Shown here: positions 35,191 to 50,189 of the stretch, in pieces
How positions within the stretch are numbered: the stretch's first letter is position 1
How the letters are laid out: every line of letters begins with the position of its first letter
NCBI GenBank assembly: GCA_009914755.4
Contig: CP068257.2
Coordinates: 42,368,001-42,432,000, forward strand
Direction of reading: 5' to 3'
Length of the DNA: 64,000 nt
Origin: the human T2T-CHM13v2.0 reference genome, Homo sapiens
Notes under the pieces: model-generated
The model's database searches: none
Seen by the model: the letters and a program-made list of their open reading frames with translations, nothing else
What the model was told of the DNA's origin: nothing
Position numbers and translations under genes: made by a program

Positions 35191-36094
35191 CTACATGAAG
35201 TTCCATAACTCACTGATAATCTGTTGATATTTTTTGTAGTCCTTTTTCCCTTTTTCTTGGTGTTTCATTTGTGTAATTGCTGCTGCTCTGTCTTCGTGTT
35301 AACCTTTTCTTCTGCAGTGTCTAATCGGCTCTCATTCCACTTAGCATATTTTCATTTTAGATTTGAGGTTTTCATCTCTAAAAGTTCCATATGGGTCTTT
35401 TTCTTAATTAAGTATCTTCCATGTGTCTTCTTCACTTCAGTCCACTACCTTCTTCAACATATGAAATAACTAAGTGACAGTAGTTACTGTAACTCTTTTA
35501 ATTGCTTTCTGTGTCATTACTGGGGCTATTTCTATTGATTGATTTTTCCTTTTGAGTATAGCTTTATGATTTGATAGGTCTGGAGCAGTGATCAGTCCAG
35601 GACAAATTATTCCTTACAGCCGAGGCAACACAGTCTTGAGTTCCTCTGGTTTTCCAGACTGGCCTATGGGGACAGCCCTGTTCCCTGCCCTGTGTGACTG
35701 CCAAGCATGGGTGCCTCTGATCGTGTCTGCGGGTTCTGTTCCAGCAATGGGTGGTTCCCGCATGTACTTACTCGTCAGTTCCCTGTGGAATACTCGAGGG
35801 CCCTGTGCCGGTCTACTTTACTCACCATGTCCCTCTCCTCTCCTAACACAGTCCTAGGAAGTCTAGCTGTCTTGATCTCCCTGGCCTGGGCTCTGTGTCC
35901 TCAACTCAGGGAGTCTGCCAGCTTCCCCTCTGTCACCCCCTGCCCTCCCCACCCTCTGGTGGGCACCCAGAGGGCTTGCTGGGCTTGTTTCCCATCTCTG
36001 AGTGTTGAGGGGAGGAATCATTGTCCTTTGTTCCTTGGTGTCCTGGTCTTGAAAACCACTGATTCATGTTTCTTGGTTTTTGGTGTTTTGTTTT

Positions 36095-36408
36095 GGTTTT
36101 TGTTTGTTTGTTTGTTGTTGTTTTTGAGACAGAGTCTTGCTCTATCACCCAGGCTGGAGTGTAGTAGTGAGATCTCAGCTCACTACAACCTCCACCTCCT
36201 GGGGTCAAGCAATTCTCCTGCCTCAGCCTGCTAAATAGCTGGGATTACAGGTGCACGCTACCATGCCCAGCTAATTTTTGCATTTTTCATAGAGACGGGG
36301 TTTCACCATGTTGGCCAAGCTGGTCTCGAACTCCTGACCTCAAGTGATCTGCCCACCTCAGCCTCCCAAAGTGCTGAGATTACAGGTGTGAGCCACCATG
36401 CCCACCCT
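36095..36408 (-). mobile_element. Alu SINE, antisense, with a (TTTG)n tail
   Basis: tttgtttgtttgtttgttgttgtttttgagacagagtcttgctctatcacccaggctggagtgtagtagtgag...ggtgtgagccaccatgcccaccc. Confidence 0.85.
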
Positions 36409-37359
36409 GTGTTTTTTTTTTTTTTTTTTTTTGGTTGGTTCAGGCAGTGGTGTAAATCTAGTCCCTGTCACTTCATCTTGGCTAGAAGCAGTTCACTCAT
36501 TGATTTCTAGCTTTTGATGGAGTGTAATCTATTACTATCATAGTATTAATAATTAATATCATTGATGTGCAGATTGTTCTGAATTTGGCTTCTGTACTGA
36601 TGTACTGAGAATGTACTGATTCTTTGAGTACTCTCTGGGCTCATCCCCTCCTCTTGCTTCATCTCAGGGCTCAGCCCTGGCTCCTTCCAGTGGGAAACTG
36701 TATTTAGAAGTCAGGACCTGGAGCTAGGGGAGAGCTTTGCTGGTGAGCTCTCAGTGGGCATGGCTAGAGAACACGTGTGTACACCCACACGTGTACGTGC
36801 ACACATTTACATCTGTATTTCGTGTGTAGCTGCTTGTGTACGTACATACATACATGTACACACGAGCCCATTTCAGTCCAGCACTGCAAGGGTGATCCTG
36901 GTTTCCTCCCTTCTATGTTTGTAACTCCCTTCTCCACATGGAGGAGCCAGGCACTGGTTCTCCTCTGTGTTTCTGATGGGAGTAATCCCTCTGTGAATGA
37001 CCATCCTCCTGTCACTGCTGCTCTGCTCCCAGCAGGTGGATGCCCATTCCCACACTTGCCTGGCAGTGTGCCTGGCACAGACTTCCTCCTCACCTCACTT
37101 GATCTGCAATTAGGACAGGCTCGGGACTTAAATTGAATAAAAAGGCATCCCTGTCTGGGGGATGCCCTTTGTGCCCTGCTTGGCCCCTTATACCACTTAC
37201 ACCCTTATACCTCTGTGCCAGCCCCAAAATCCTTCATCATCTCACTTGGGGCCTCACATCTTGTTCTGTACTTCCCTCTACTGCCACCTGGACACCCTCC
37301 TCACTGCTGAGCTCTGGTACCTGGGGCGGCCTGCTGTGCTTGCCCACCTTGGGCCCTGA

Positions 37360-37721
<362 letters not shown>

Positions 37722-38523
37722 TAGAGACCCTTAGCTTCACTGGCTCTGCTGGTCCTCTTAAGAGTCACAGAGTCGTTTTTAACATGTCGTTTTGTTTGCT
37801 AGCTGGGATGAGTGATAGGCTGGATCTTGCCAACCGGTTTGCCCCAGGATTATGTGGAACTTCTCTGTACTCCCTCTGTCCTGCCTCATGCTCTGTGAGG
37901 TTTCTTCTGGAGAGTTCCTGCAAATTGACTGAGCAGAGCTGCTCTAATGTCCCCTTGGGATGTGGCAGCCCCTGCCCGGTGTGGACAACTTGGAGCCAGG
38001 ACTCCTTCTGGGGTGGGGGTGGGGAGGAGTCCAGCTAAAGGGCTCTTGGTGGCCTTGTAAGAGGTGGAGAGGCTTCCAGCAGCTCCTTGGATGGCTCACC
38101 TGTGACGTGTGGATGGGGTCAGCCGGGTGCTATGTGTATTTTCTTGGCAGTCACAGGCTCTGGGCCCTGTTGGCCTTTTGGTTTTGCTTCCAGGCATGGC
38201 GTGTTGGGGCTTCCAGCACAGAATGGTTCACCAGTGCTGTAAAATCTATGCTTCAAGTCCCAAGAACTGCCGTGCTGTGGAAAATGTGCACTAGATAATT
38301 AAGTTACTGTTGGGTATTTATTTGCAGGAAATTGAGTTTACCAGTTGGTTTTAATCTCAGTTTTCAAAGTAAAAGATCTTTTCAGATTGTATGATATTTG
38401 TAATTTAAATCAGGACATAGCAGTTTTTAAAATCAGGATACAAATGAGAAGTACTGCCTTTTGGAACTTTCTATTTAGTTAGTTAAACCAAAAGAGAGGC
38501 TGGGTACAGAATTTAGGATTTAA

Positions 38524-38817
38524 TATTTTTTTTTTGGAGACGCAGTCTCGCTCTGTCGCCCAGGCTGGAGTGCAGTGGTGCGATCTTGACTCACTACAAC
38601 CTCCGCCTCCCAGTTCAAGCAATTCCCCTGCCTCAGCCTCCTGAGTAGCTGGGACTACAGGTGCACACCGCCATGCCCGGCTAATCTTTCCATTTTTAGT
38701 AGAGATGGGGTTTCACCATGTTGCCCAAGCTGGTCTTGAACTCCTGAGCTCAGGCAATCCACCCACCTTAGCCTCCCAAAGTGCTAGGATTACAGGTGTG
38801 AGCCACTGTGCCTGGCC
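38524..38817 (-). mobile_element. Alu SINE (AluS), antisense, with the TSD aggatttaa
   Basis: ggagacgcagtctcgctctgtcgcccaggctggagtgcagtggtgcg...ggtgtgagccactgtgcctggcc. Confidence 0.9.
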
Positions 38818-39893
38818 AGGATTTAAGATTTAACTCACTCGTGGATACTCTGATTGGCTTCTCTCTGCCTGAGTGTTACTCAAGAGTGACTTGAAAGTCC
38901 GGAGGAATTAGGGCAGGACAGTGAGGAACTAGCAAAAGAGGAGAAAGCACTGATTTAGATGGTAGCTGTGAGTTACTGTGTCCAGATATTGTCAGTGCCT
39001 AACTTGGAAATGAATTAAGTATCTTGGTTTTAGATTTTCTAAATCTAAAGGGAGTTGGACTCTTCTGAGTGGATTTATGGAATAGAAGCGCAGTTATAAG
39101 TGATAACAGGCAAAGTGTCTGTTTTCCTGGTTCTTTATGGAAGAGAACCAAGCTGAAGGCCTTGGCATGTATGTAGAAAGGGCCCTTTCTCTGGCAGGCT
39201 CATGCTTGGGCCTCTGCGTGAGAAGCAGGATTGATTTCTGGGATGGCACGGCTCCCTGCTGCCTGTCGGGAAGTAGAGCAGCCTTGCGGAAGCTGCAGGT
39301 CGCCTTCTTTCTGAGGTCTCACAGCTGTAGCTGCTTGCCTCTGACACGGCCTTCGCAGACTTGCGGTTGGGGTGGTTCCCAGGGGTACAGAGCTCAGAGG
39401 CTGTGGTAGAAGCTGCTGGGAAGCTTGCCTGGGGTTCCTGTGGGCAGTCTGGGCTGTGCCATGACAGCCAGCTTGCCTCCTGAGATGAAGGCACGGCACA
39501 CAGCAGGATGGCAGTCATGTAGTGCTTGGGCCCAGAGCTGTTGGCCATAGTGGGCCTGGGTTTTAAAGCCCTGACTTGCCTAACAGACAGTATTGCTGTG
39601 GGCAGCTCACTCAACCCTCTGACTCTCAGTCTCTTTATCTGGATCACTGGGACGCTCACATCCCTTGGGGTTGTGAGAACTGGGGATCATGCATGCCTGT
39701 GTGCGGCACTGAGACCCACAGAGCACGCCCGCAGGCTTGCTAGGCCGCTGGGCTTTTTATTCAATTTAAGTCCCGAGCCTGTCCTGATGCTTTAAAACAT
39801 TGCGGCCTTTGCAGGCTGTTATTAGGCACATTTTGCTGTATAAACTAAAGGGCATTAGTTAACCTGCTTTCACAGTGACTTGTTTGTTTTTAG

Positions 39894-40090
39894 GATACCG
39901 AAGTGTATAAAGCTACAGTAAAAGATGACCTCACCAAGTGGCAGAATGTTCTGAAGGCTCATAGCTCTGTGGACTGGTTAATAGTGATAGTTGAAAATGA
40001 TGCCAAGAAAAAAAACAAAACCAACATCCTTCCCCGAACCTCTATTGTGGACAAAATAAGAAATGATTTTTGTAATAAACAGAGTGACAG
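39894..40090 (+). CDS. TRAPPC10: Coding exon 4 (197 nt), DTEVYKATVKDDLTKWQNVLKAHSSVDWLIVIVENDAKKKNKTNILPRTSIVDKIRNDFCNKQSD(R).
   Basis: Acceptor ttgtttttag|GAT and donor CAG|gtaagt. The frame matches the track ORF 39903..40094 (stop immediately in the intron). Confidence 0.85.
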
Positions 40091-40799
40091 GTAAGTGTAT
40101 CTTTAATTTTACCTCATTTGGTTAATACTTGACATGATACAGATTGCTGGCTTCCTGGGTAGTAATAAATATTTACTCAGCAATCTCGAGTGAGTGTCCA
40201 TGGGGTGCTGTCAAGGAGACCTGGTGCCTGTCCTTGTGGAGTTCCTGTTTAGGCAGGCAAAGAACTCGAAGCAGTCATCCCCCGAGTGTGCTGCCTGGGA
40301 GGAGCGGGTCTTGGGCCCATAGTCCTGGGAGGCCTCTTGGTGGGTCCTTTCTGAAGACTGACAGCAGCAGCTCCTGCAGTTCTTCTGTAGAACGGGTCCT
40401 TAAAGGTTTTTGTTTTTTTTTTGAAATGACGGCACCTGTGTTTTTTTCTTTACCTTAACACCTGAGAGTTCCTAAGAACACAAGTTATAAAATGCTGACC
40501 TAACCCCTTCAGAAACTGTGAAAGGGAATCCTGAAACTTTGGCAGTTAATAGATTGTATGGGCTTTCTCCGCCTTGCCCTGCTCTCTCTCCTGGGGTAGC
40601 TCACTCCCTTTCTCTTCAGTGATGCCATTGCCAGCTGAGCCAGCCAGCACGTTAACTCCTCTATAACCGATGGTCTGTATCTCGTAGCTTAGCACTGGAA
40701 CTCACCCAAGGCCTGGGGATTCAGGGGCGAACATGGACCCTGCCCTGGTCCAGCAGGTCATTATAGCCATGGTCACCATGCTTATGGTGGCGAGGGTTC

Positions 40800-41210
40800 A
40801 GATGGAGGTACATGCTCATTGTAGAATTATTAGAAAAAGGTAATGAGCAAAAAGAAAATGGATATTAACTCTTAGTATTTTGGTATGTATGTTCTGAGAC
40901 TTTTTTTCTTTATGCATACATAATACGTGTGTGTATTTTAAGTTAATATAACGTTATGTGTTGTTTATACTTGTTTTTTTCACTCAATATATTGTAAAGA
41001 TTTTCCACAAACAATAAATGCATTTCCAGACTCTCAGTGTTAGTGAGTGGATAATATTCCATAGTATTAATGTGCCGTAAGTTATTTATACATTCTGCTG
41101 CTGGGCTTAGGTTATTGCTTACTTATCGTTATAAACAACAATATTAGAATACTTTTCTAGCTCAAATGTTGTGAGCATCCTTAATTATTTCAGGATACCT
41201 TCCCTAAAGG
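40800..41210 (+). mobile_element. Old L1 (L1M-like) 3'-end fragment (tentative)
   Basis: ttttttcactcaatatattgtaaagattttccacaaa...ataatattccatagtattaatgtgccgtaagttatttatacattctgctgctgggc resembles the mammalian-wide L1 3' region ...cactcaacaatat...tattccattgtatggatataccacattttatttatccattc... Confidence 0.45.
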
Positions 41211-42923
41211 AAAATTGCTTGGTAACAGATTTTGTGCATTTTTTGGGCTTTTGCTAGTTACGAGGCTGGTAGAGGCAAGGGTTGACTTGTGATCAGCAGT
41301 GTGACTTGTGACAGCAGTAGCCGTTGTGGTGTCTCGCTGAGGCTGCAGCCGGGAGCCCCTTGTTCCACATGTGCCTCCAGCCCCTGCAGTCTGCGCGCCT
41401 GGGGGGATCACGCCGCTCTCCAGATTGGCCCACCATCCCTGACTTCATTCGTTGTTTTGGGCTCTCCTTTTCTGAGTTAATGATTTAGGCTTGATGTGAA
41501 CTTCTGAAGTGTAGTTCTTTTTTACTTAAAAAAAATTGATGATGATATAGAAACAGGATCTAATAGAGATAGGACATTTCATGACTGTGTATCTGATTGA
41601 CCTCTGAAAACAGTTACTGTTTTGGTGGTTGGCACTTGTTAAGTTTCCATTTCCATTCACCCCTGTAGGCGCACAGGAGAATTCGCGTCTGGTCGGGAAT
41701 AAATGTTGGTAATTATAATCCTTGAGAATGCCTTAAGGATAAACTACCTAACTCATAGGTTCTAGCAAGCTCCTACTGTGGATAAATACAAGTTAGTCCT
41801 CTGGGGGACCTTTGGAGTGAGCGGCTCTGGTCCCTTTGTCTTTGAGGGAAGAAAGTGTGCAGTGGGGTGGATTGAATGGAATTAAAGCCAGCCACCAAGT
41901 TATAAGTTTTCTTCTTGGTTCTGGTTGTTCACATGGTGGAACATGTAGAGTGTATGCTGCTTCACTGTTTTGTCCACTGATTTATAATTCCATGAATTTA
42001 GCCATGCCTCCAAAGGATATGCTGGGGCACGGAAAAAAGGAACTTAGAGTCAGTTCATTTTGCTACTTTTTGGTAATTCAAGTAAAATATTTACTAAGGA
42101 GAACTGGTGAAGCTCATAGAATCAATGTTTTAAAATTATTTCTGAGTTCAGATTTATTAATCATCTTTCTAGATTACTATTACCAAGGCTAAAGAAATTT
42201 ACCATTTCCAGCCTATCAGATAAATACGTTGCCTTGTCCAAATCTGTTGGGAACTTTGTGTAATTTCGTGTGTTTGACCTTTTTACATCATGGGTTCAGC
42301 CTCTTTGTAATTAAACTGTTTGCTCTATATGTTAAGCCATGTTCTAAGCCTTTATTTGTTAATTGTTTATTAACCTTCCCCTTCAAGAGCTCACAGGCTA
42401 GTGGGAGGGATAGAGGTCCAGAGAAGGGGAGTGTTTTCCTGTGAGGCCCACAGCCTAGCAGCAGTGTGGGCAGAGCAGTTGGGATGGTGATTGGGGGAGG
42501 TTTGTGAAGATGCCACGCCTGGGTGGAAGGAATGTTCTCATGAAGAGAGGAGAGCGGGAGAAGGTCAGCAGGCTTGAGCTGGGAAGCAGAGGAAGTAAAG
42601 TGAGACATCGTGGTCCTTTTGTGCTGTGCTGAGAAATCTAAATTTATCCTGTCGATCCCAAGGAACCAAAATGGATTTTGAAGGAGGCAGGGAACTGAGT
42701 GAGGCGTGATCACATTATTTTACAGAGGACTCAGAGCTGCGTCTTTGGCTCAGGGCTCATGTAAATCCCTTTCCCCCTTTCCAGTTGATTCTATAGCAAA
42801 CTCTCCTTTGAATTTCTGTAGAACTTACTGCTCGTGTTCATGACCAGTTCATGATGAAGCCTTTTCCTAACCTGGTTTCTTACCGCCTGCCTCATGTTTT
42901 TGACTGTTTATAGACGGAAGAAG

Positions 42924-43207
42924 CTAGATGCGGTGGCTTATGCCTATAATCCCAGCACTTTGAGAGGCCGAGGCAGGAGGATTGTTTGAGCCCAGGAGTT
43001 CGAGACCAGCCTGGGCAACATAGCAAGACCTCACCTTTACAAAAAAATACAAAAATTAACCAGGCATGGTGGTGCGTGCCTGTGATCCCAGCTACTGGGG
43101 AGGATCACTGGAGCCTGGGAGGTGGAGGTTGCAGTGAGCCAAGATTGTGCCACTGCACTCCAGCCTGGGCCACAGAGCAAAACTCTGTCTCAAAAAAAAA
43201 AAAAAAA
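42924..43207 (+). mobile_element. Alu SINE (AluS), sense. Its tail ends about 105 bp upstream of the exon-5 acceptor.
   Basis: gctagatgcggtggcttatgcctataatcccagcactttgagaggccgaggcagg...gccaagattgtgccactgcactccagcctgggccacagagcaaaactctgtctc(A)16. Confidence 0.9.
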
Positions 43208-43311
43208 GGAGGAGGAAGGAAGAAAATTGCCGCTCAGGACAATGGCAGCTGCTGAGTCGTGGTGCTGTGCATGGAGGGTCTTTCCCAGATAGTCTGTTCA
43301 TGTCTTTGCAG

Positions 43312-43507
43312 GTGTGTTGTGCTCTCCGACCCCTTGAAGGACTCTTCTCGAACTCAGGAATCCTGGAATGCCTTCCTGACCAAACTCAGGACATTGCTTC
43401 TTATGTCTTTTACCAAAAACCTAGGCAAGTTTGAGGATGACATGAGAACCTTGAGGGAGAAGAGGACTGAGCCAGGCTGGAGCTTTTGTGAATATTTCAT
43501 GGTTCAG
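43312..43507 (+). CDS. TRAPPC10: Coding exon 5 (196 nt), (R)[65 protein letters not shown].
   Basis: Acceptor tgtctttgcag|G and donor CAG|gtactt. The frame matches the track ORF 43259..43531. Phase 2 in, phase 0 out. Confidence 0.85.
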
Positions 43508-44893
43508 GTACTTGACTCATTACAGAACTAGACAGTTCCTTCTCTCCTTCCCTCCTTTGTTCCCTCCCTCTCTCCTCCTTTCTTTCTAAGTAAGGCACCT
43601 CTCGTGGTAATCTCATTGGCAGAGTTTTTAAAAACAAAAAACCTGGAATATCTTTAGGACTAGAAAGGAAGTGTATGGAAGCAGATGGGGCATGAAAAGG
43701 ACACACACACTGCCCCGGGGAGCCTCTGGGGGCAAAAGCTGGAGCAGTTTCAGTGACAGAATAAATAAGGATAGAGTCGAGGTTTAACCCATGGAATAAA
43801 ATTAATATCCATGAGTCTGTATCGATAGAAATCATCAGTTAAATAAATAAATGGAGGAGAAGGGTCAACTCTTCCATACAGAAGAATTCCACTTAAACGC
43901 AGAAGGAAAGAAAAACAGAAAATCACTTTTAAGCCAGTGCTCCAGCAAGAACTGTTGGAGGCAGGATTACTGATGGGTGTCCGGGGTGGTGGGCAAAGGC
44001 CTGAGAAGAGGTGGGCTTGCACAGTCTCACGGTGGCCCCCCAAGATGTCTGTCAGCTACTGAGGGAGCAGTAGCCACTCCACAGTGGGGAAACCAGGTAC
44101 ATACCACCTGAATGAAATGATAAGGCCGCTTCTGCCCATGAGAAGCTGTGTCCACCTCATGAAATCCTTGGTAAGATGTTCTGAGAAATACTTAGCGTCT
44201 TTTCTCTGTAAAAAATGATCATCTCACGGCAGTCACGGAACATATCAAATGAACCCACGTAAAGGGACATTAGACAACATAGCTCTCTTCAAGGGTGCCA
44301 CGGCAGTGAAAGACAGACTGTGAAGCTGACAGACTGCAGGGGCTGAAGGAAGCAACAGCTCCGGCCTGGTTTGGGGGTCGAGGGTGGGGTCTTAGAGCAG
44401 AAACAACTACATCAGTGGAAAAACCACTGAAATTCCAATGAGGGCTATTTAGTTAATAGTATTATACTTAGGTTAATTTTCTGGTTGTGACAATTGTACC
44501 ACGGTCATATAAGATGGCAATGTTTAGGAAGCTGAGTAAGGGCTATATGGAAACTAGATAATTTTTTTTTTTGCAATATTTCTGTAAGTCTAAGATTAGT
44601 TCAGAATTTAAAATGAGTAAGGAAGGAAATTCTGACACACACTACAGCATGGATGGGCCTAGAGGACATGATGCCGAGTGAAATAAGGCACATAGGGACA
44701 GATGCTGTGTCTGCTTATGTGAGGTCCCTCGAGTGCTCAGGTTCAGAGACAGAAGGTGGAATGGGGGCTGCCAGGGGCTGGCAGAGGGAGAATGGGAATG
44801 AGTGTTTAATAAAGGACAGAGGTTCCGTTTGGGAAGATGAGAAAGTTTGGGATATTGGTTGCACAATAGTGTGAGTGCATTTAACACTACTGA

Positions 44894-45198
<305 letters not shown>

Positions 45199-46716
45199 TG
45201 AGCTGTACTTTTAAAAATGGTTAAGATGGTCAGTTTTATATTACATACATTTCAATCAAAATTTAAAAGAAAAAGATGAGTTTATTAGAGTGCTGAGTCT
45301 TGTAAATACTTCACAAATAAAATGAAGTTCAACATAACTTAGCAGTTTCTCTTGCAAAACACAGCCCACCACTGTTTTCACGGGAAACAGGATACAAAGG
45401 AGAGCTCTCAGTTCTCACCTAGTGAGTGGGACCTGGGTGGGCCCTTAGGGGTCTGGGAATAATGTCCACAAATACATGGGGTGGAACTGGATTCCAAAGA
45501 CCTGACCATGTCAGGGGAGGTTTATGTGCGTGCACATCCTCCTGGTCTTTACTTTTTAATGTGCAGTAATGGAGATCAGAAGGCAATCACCTGTTGCCCT
45601 CTCTTTTCATTTTCTCATTCAACAAAGGTTACTGAGCACGGACAGGTGCCAGGCCCTCCTTGATGCTGGGACGCCGTCAGTGTACAGTTTTTTGTGAGCT
45701 TGTGTGACAGTGGAGGAGATACAGGAAAGGAAGTGACGCATATGCTAGGGCGAGAGAGAGGCACAAGGCAGAGATGGTGTGGGGTGCTGTGCGGGTCAGG
45801 AGGAGGAAAGGCCTGACTGGGCTGGGGACTTAGCCAGAGCTGAAGGAGTTTGGAGAGCAAGCCATGTGGGTGTATAGAGGAAGAGGAGGTGTTCCAGGCC
45901 ATGGAGTGGGGCAGCGCACAGGTCCCGAGGCAGCTCCCTGCCACGCACACGTGAGCAGCGGTGAGGAGGCCTTGGTGGTGGAGCTGAGTGAGGCCAGAGG
46001 GCTGGTGCTGGGAAGGGGTGGGGGTGGGGGACATAGATTTTGCAGGGCCTGGGGATGTCTCGAAAGGATTTAGGAGTCTCTTGAATGTGATGAGCAGTCG
46101 CTGACTGAAATGGGGAAGACCGTGGGTGGAGCACTTTGTGGGAAAGGTTGGGGTTCAGGTTTCCATGTGTAAGCCTGAGCTGTCTGTTAGGCATCCACAC
46201 AAGCGTGCTGTGCCTGCCATTGGAGCCAGAGTCAGGTCTGAGCTGGAGTCCTGAATGTGTGGTGGTCATGCTGTGTAGATGGGCTCCGTCATGGAGAGGG
46301 AATAGTGAGTGTAGACAGGGAAGTCCAAGGGCGGAGCCCTGCGGCCTCCAGCAGAGAGCCTCGGGGAGCGAGAGGAACCAGCCGTCTGACCAGAGGGAGC
46401 CACAGTGAGGGGCGAGGGGAGCAGGTGGCCAGGTCCTGGACAGCAGGAAACATCCCAAGGACAGGGGGGTGACCAGTTATATCTGGTGCTGCCGATAGGT
46501 CGGGGAGGGTTCAGAAATTACCTTAGCTTTTCCTAGCTTCTTGTGCATGCGTGAATGTTGACATATGCGGTCGTCACATTGGTTGTTACTTAGCGGAGCG
46601 TAGACATTATTCATAGTGCTGCGTGCCTTTCTCTGTCGTTTAATGGCTACATACTGTTTCTTCTATACATTGATTTATGTTTTTGTTTTTTTAAAAAACG
46701 TATCTTGGGCGAATAG

Positions 46717-46828
46717 GAGGAGCTTGCCTTTGTTTTCGAGATGCTGCAGCAGTTCGAGGACGCCCTGGTGCAGTACGACGAACTGGACGCCCTCTTCTCT
46801 CAGTATGTGGTCAACTTCGGGGCCGGGG
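46717..46828 (+). CDS. TRAPPC10: Coding exon 6 (112 nt), EELAFVFEMLQQFEDALVQYDELDALFSQYVVNFGAG(D).
   Basis: Acceptor gggcgaatag|GAG and donor GGG G|gtgagt. CpG-rich coding sequence. Phase 0 in, phase 1 out, completed by AT at 51152. Confidence 0.8.
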
Positions 46829-47889
46829 GTGAGTAGTGGCACTTCAGTAACGCATGCTTTTCTTAGTGTGGCTTTCTCCAACTTCAGATAGGCTTGAAGC
46901 AGCCATTTATTTACCTCAGGAGTACGCATGTTTTGTTGTTGTCTTTATACACATTATATCGGATATATTCTCGTGATTCCTAGAGGAAATGAAATGAGAA
47001 TTAAGAATTAGTCATTTTCACTTTTAGAAGAATCTTAAGTAACAAAAATAATAATAATTTAAAAAAACTGTTTTCCAGGTATAAAATGTCCTTTCCACAA
47101 CTCAGTGGCCTGCTGGTGATGCTTCGATTCTGTCCCTCGTTAGAATCAGAGTGGACGTCCCTTTGCCTTCCATCCAGGGGTTATCTTTGGAATGCTCGAG
47201 TGCTCATTGCTGTGAACTTATAAAATGCCCTTGGGTGTTCATCTTTCTTTTGCACTTTTAAATAATATCTTAAGCTCCTTTACAATTAAAGAATTAGCAC
47301 AGTGAAACCATACACAGAGAGAAACATTGGTTATTGTCCTCAGTGTTTTTCGCTGATACTTATTTTGATGAAAGTGATACCACGTTATATAGCTGTTTCT
47401 CTGTCGCTCCTTTTTGTTACTCACAGCCCATCCTGGGCATCTCTCCAGGTTAGCAGGTGGGGTTTGGAGTTGTTTTTGTTACAATTGGTATTCCTGGCTT
47501 GATTCCATTACCTGGTGTTGGACATTGGGTTCTTTTATGCTTCTTGCCACCACAAGCAGTGCTGTAGTGGGCATCTCTGCCAGGTGTTCTTTTTGAGAAC
47601 CCTTGTCACCATGTGTGAAGGAAGGAGTAATTTTGAGGAGCCCTGGTGTCAGCAGGAGAACCTGGAGGGAGATGAAGTGTGGGGACGGTCAGTTCTAGCT
47701 GTGAGCACTGTCCTCACTCTGGAACTCATCAGTGGCGCCGATGGATACTGGCTCATAGTGCTTCTGAAGATCAGGTCTGGATATCTCACTCTCCTGAGAT
47801 GCCAGTATAGACACAGAACCAAAGCAAAGTGTTTACTAAGTAAAAAAATAAAATAAAAAAACACTTCTATTTCTTATATTTTATGTGTC

Positions 47890-49180
<1,291 letters not shown>

Positions 49181-50189
49181 TGTATTTTTTAAATATCTTA
49201 CATTTTTTTAAAAAATAGATTTATTTAGCAAAAAACGTTTGAATTTAATAAAGAAATGGCAATAACTGGTGCATACATTAGTTGAAAATATTAAAATATT
49301 TACACTGAGCACCAAATAGAATAATTCTCAGTCTTTTCATGGAGAACTCCTTTGAAAGAATGCCTAGAACTTAATCTGTTTATTTAGGTTTTTAATCGAG
49401 AAATCTAAAACTGCCAATCACAGTTTCTAATTACCATGAGATGACCAGGTTAACAACCTTGAGGTCATATCATAGGAGCTTTAAAAGCTGCGTTTAACCT
49501 ATACATTCTAACTGAGGGCATTTGTTAGCCTCAGGCAGGCTGGTAATCACAGGTCCATGTGCTTGTGATGCCATATACACAACATTGAGTAAATAAGTGT
49601 TATTTATAAGGTAAAGACCATATGGTCCCTGGCAGCAGAATAGGTGCTGGGCAGCGTCAGGGACCAGGCACCTGAATGGATGTCAGTGCATGTGAGAAGG
49701 AGCCTTCAAGGCTGAAATATCTTACATATTTCTTATATTTGACATAATTTATTTGGTTTTTTCTCTCAGTTTTAAAATTTGGGGCAATTTAAAATCCAAA
49801 AGTAAGCCTGGACCAAATTTTGCCACTGAATAAGATGGTTCGTTTTTGTTCTTTCATTCAACAAATACTTACTGAGGGACCACCATGTGCCAGGCACTGT
49901 TCTAAATACAGGGAGGAATAAAGCAGAATCCCTTTTTTTATGATGCTTACATGAAGGGGAAACAGGCACAGAAAAGTAAATCTATCACTTGCTGTCCATA
50001 ATAGTAAGTTTGGGCCGTAGAAAGGGGCTCAGGTGAGAGATGGGGCAGTATGTGCCATTGGAGCTTAGATAGGGCACTGGAGTGGCCTCCCTGTGGGGGC
50101 GGCACTGGCACAGAGGCCTGACTGAAATGTGGGAGTGCCCCGTGAGAATCCTGTGGGAGGGGAGCCTAGCCAAGGGAACTGCTGGTACA

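Noticed and set aside
35707-36234. A 175-aa plus-strand ORF.
   Set aside because: It ends inside antisense Alu 36095-36408 ([36 protein letters not shown]). Upstream it is Ser/Pro/Cys-rich low complexity.
36775-36890. A TG/CA-rich block (cacacgtgtacgtgcacacatttacatctg...gtacgtacatacatacatgtacacacg) that yields two overlapping ORFs.
   Set aside because: It is a degenerate (CA/TG)n-type simple repeat. The ORFs (His/Thr/Cys/Val-rich) are artefacts.
39135-39659. A 174-aa minus-strand ORF in intron 3 and an overlapping 99-aa ORF.
   Set aside because: The composition is random-looking with no recognisable domain. The expected number of ORFs this long by chance in 64 kb of ~50% GC sequence is about 0.5. 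Overlapping open frames again point to GC-rich non-coding sequence. An antisense lncRNA is not excluded but there is no evidence for one.
45615-46458. Two overlapping minus-strand ORFs of 139 and 220 aa in intron 5.
   Set aside because: They are proline/serine/histidine-rich low-complexity translations of a G+C-rich, stop-poor stretch. There is no start context, splice logic or recognisable domain. Two frames being open at once is typical of GC-rich non-coding DNA.
46675-46929. An 84-aa minus-strand ORF overlapping exon 6.
   Set aside because: It is the antisense shadow of a real, codon-biased coding exon. There is no independent support.
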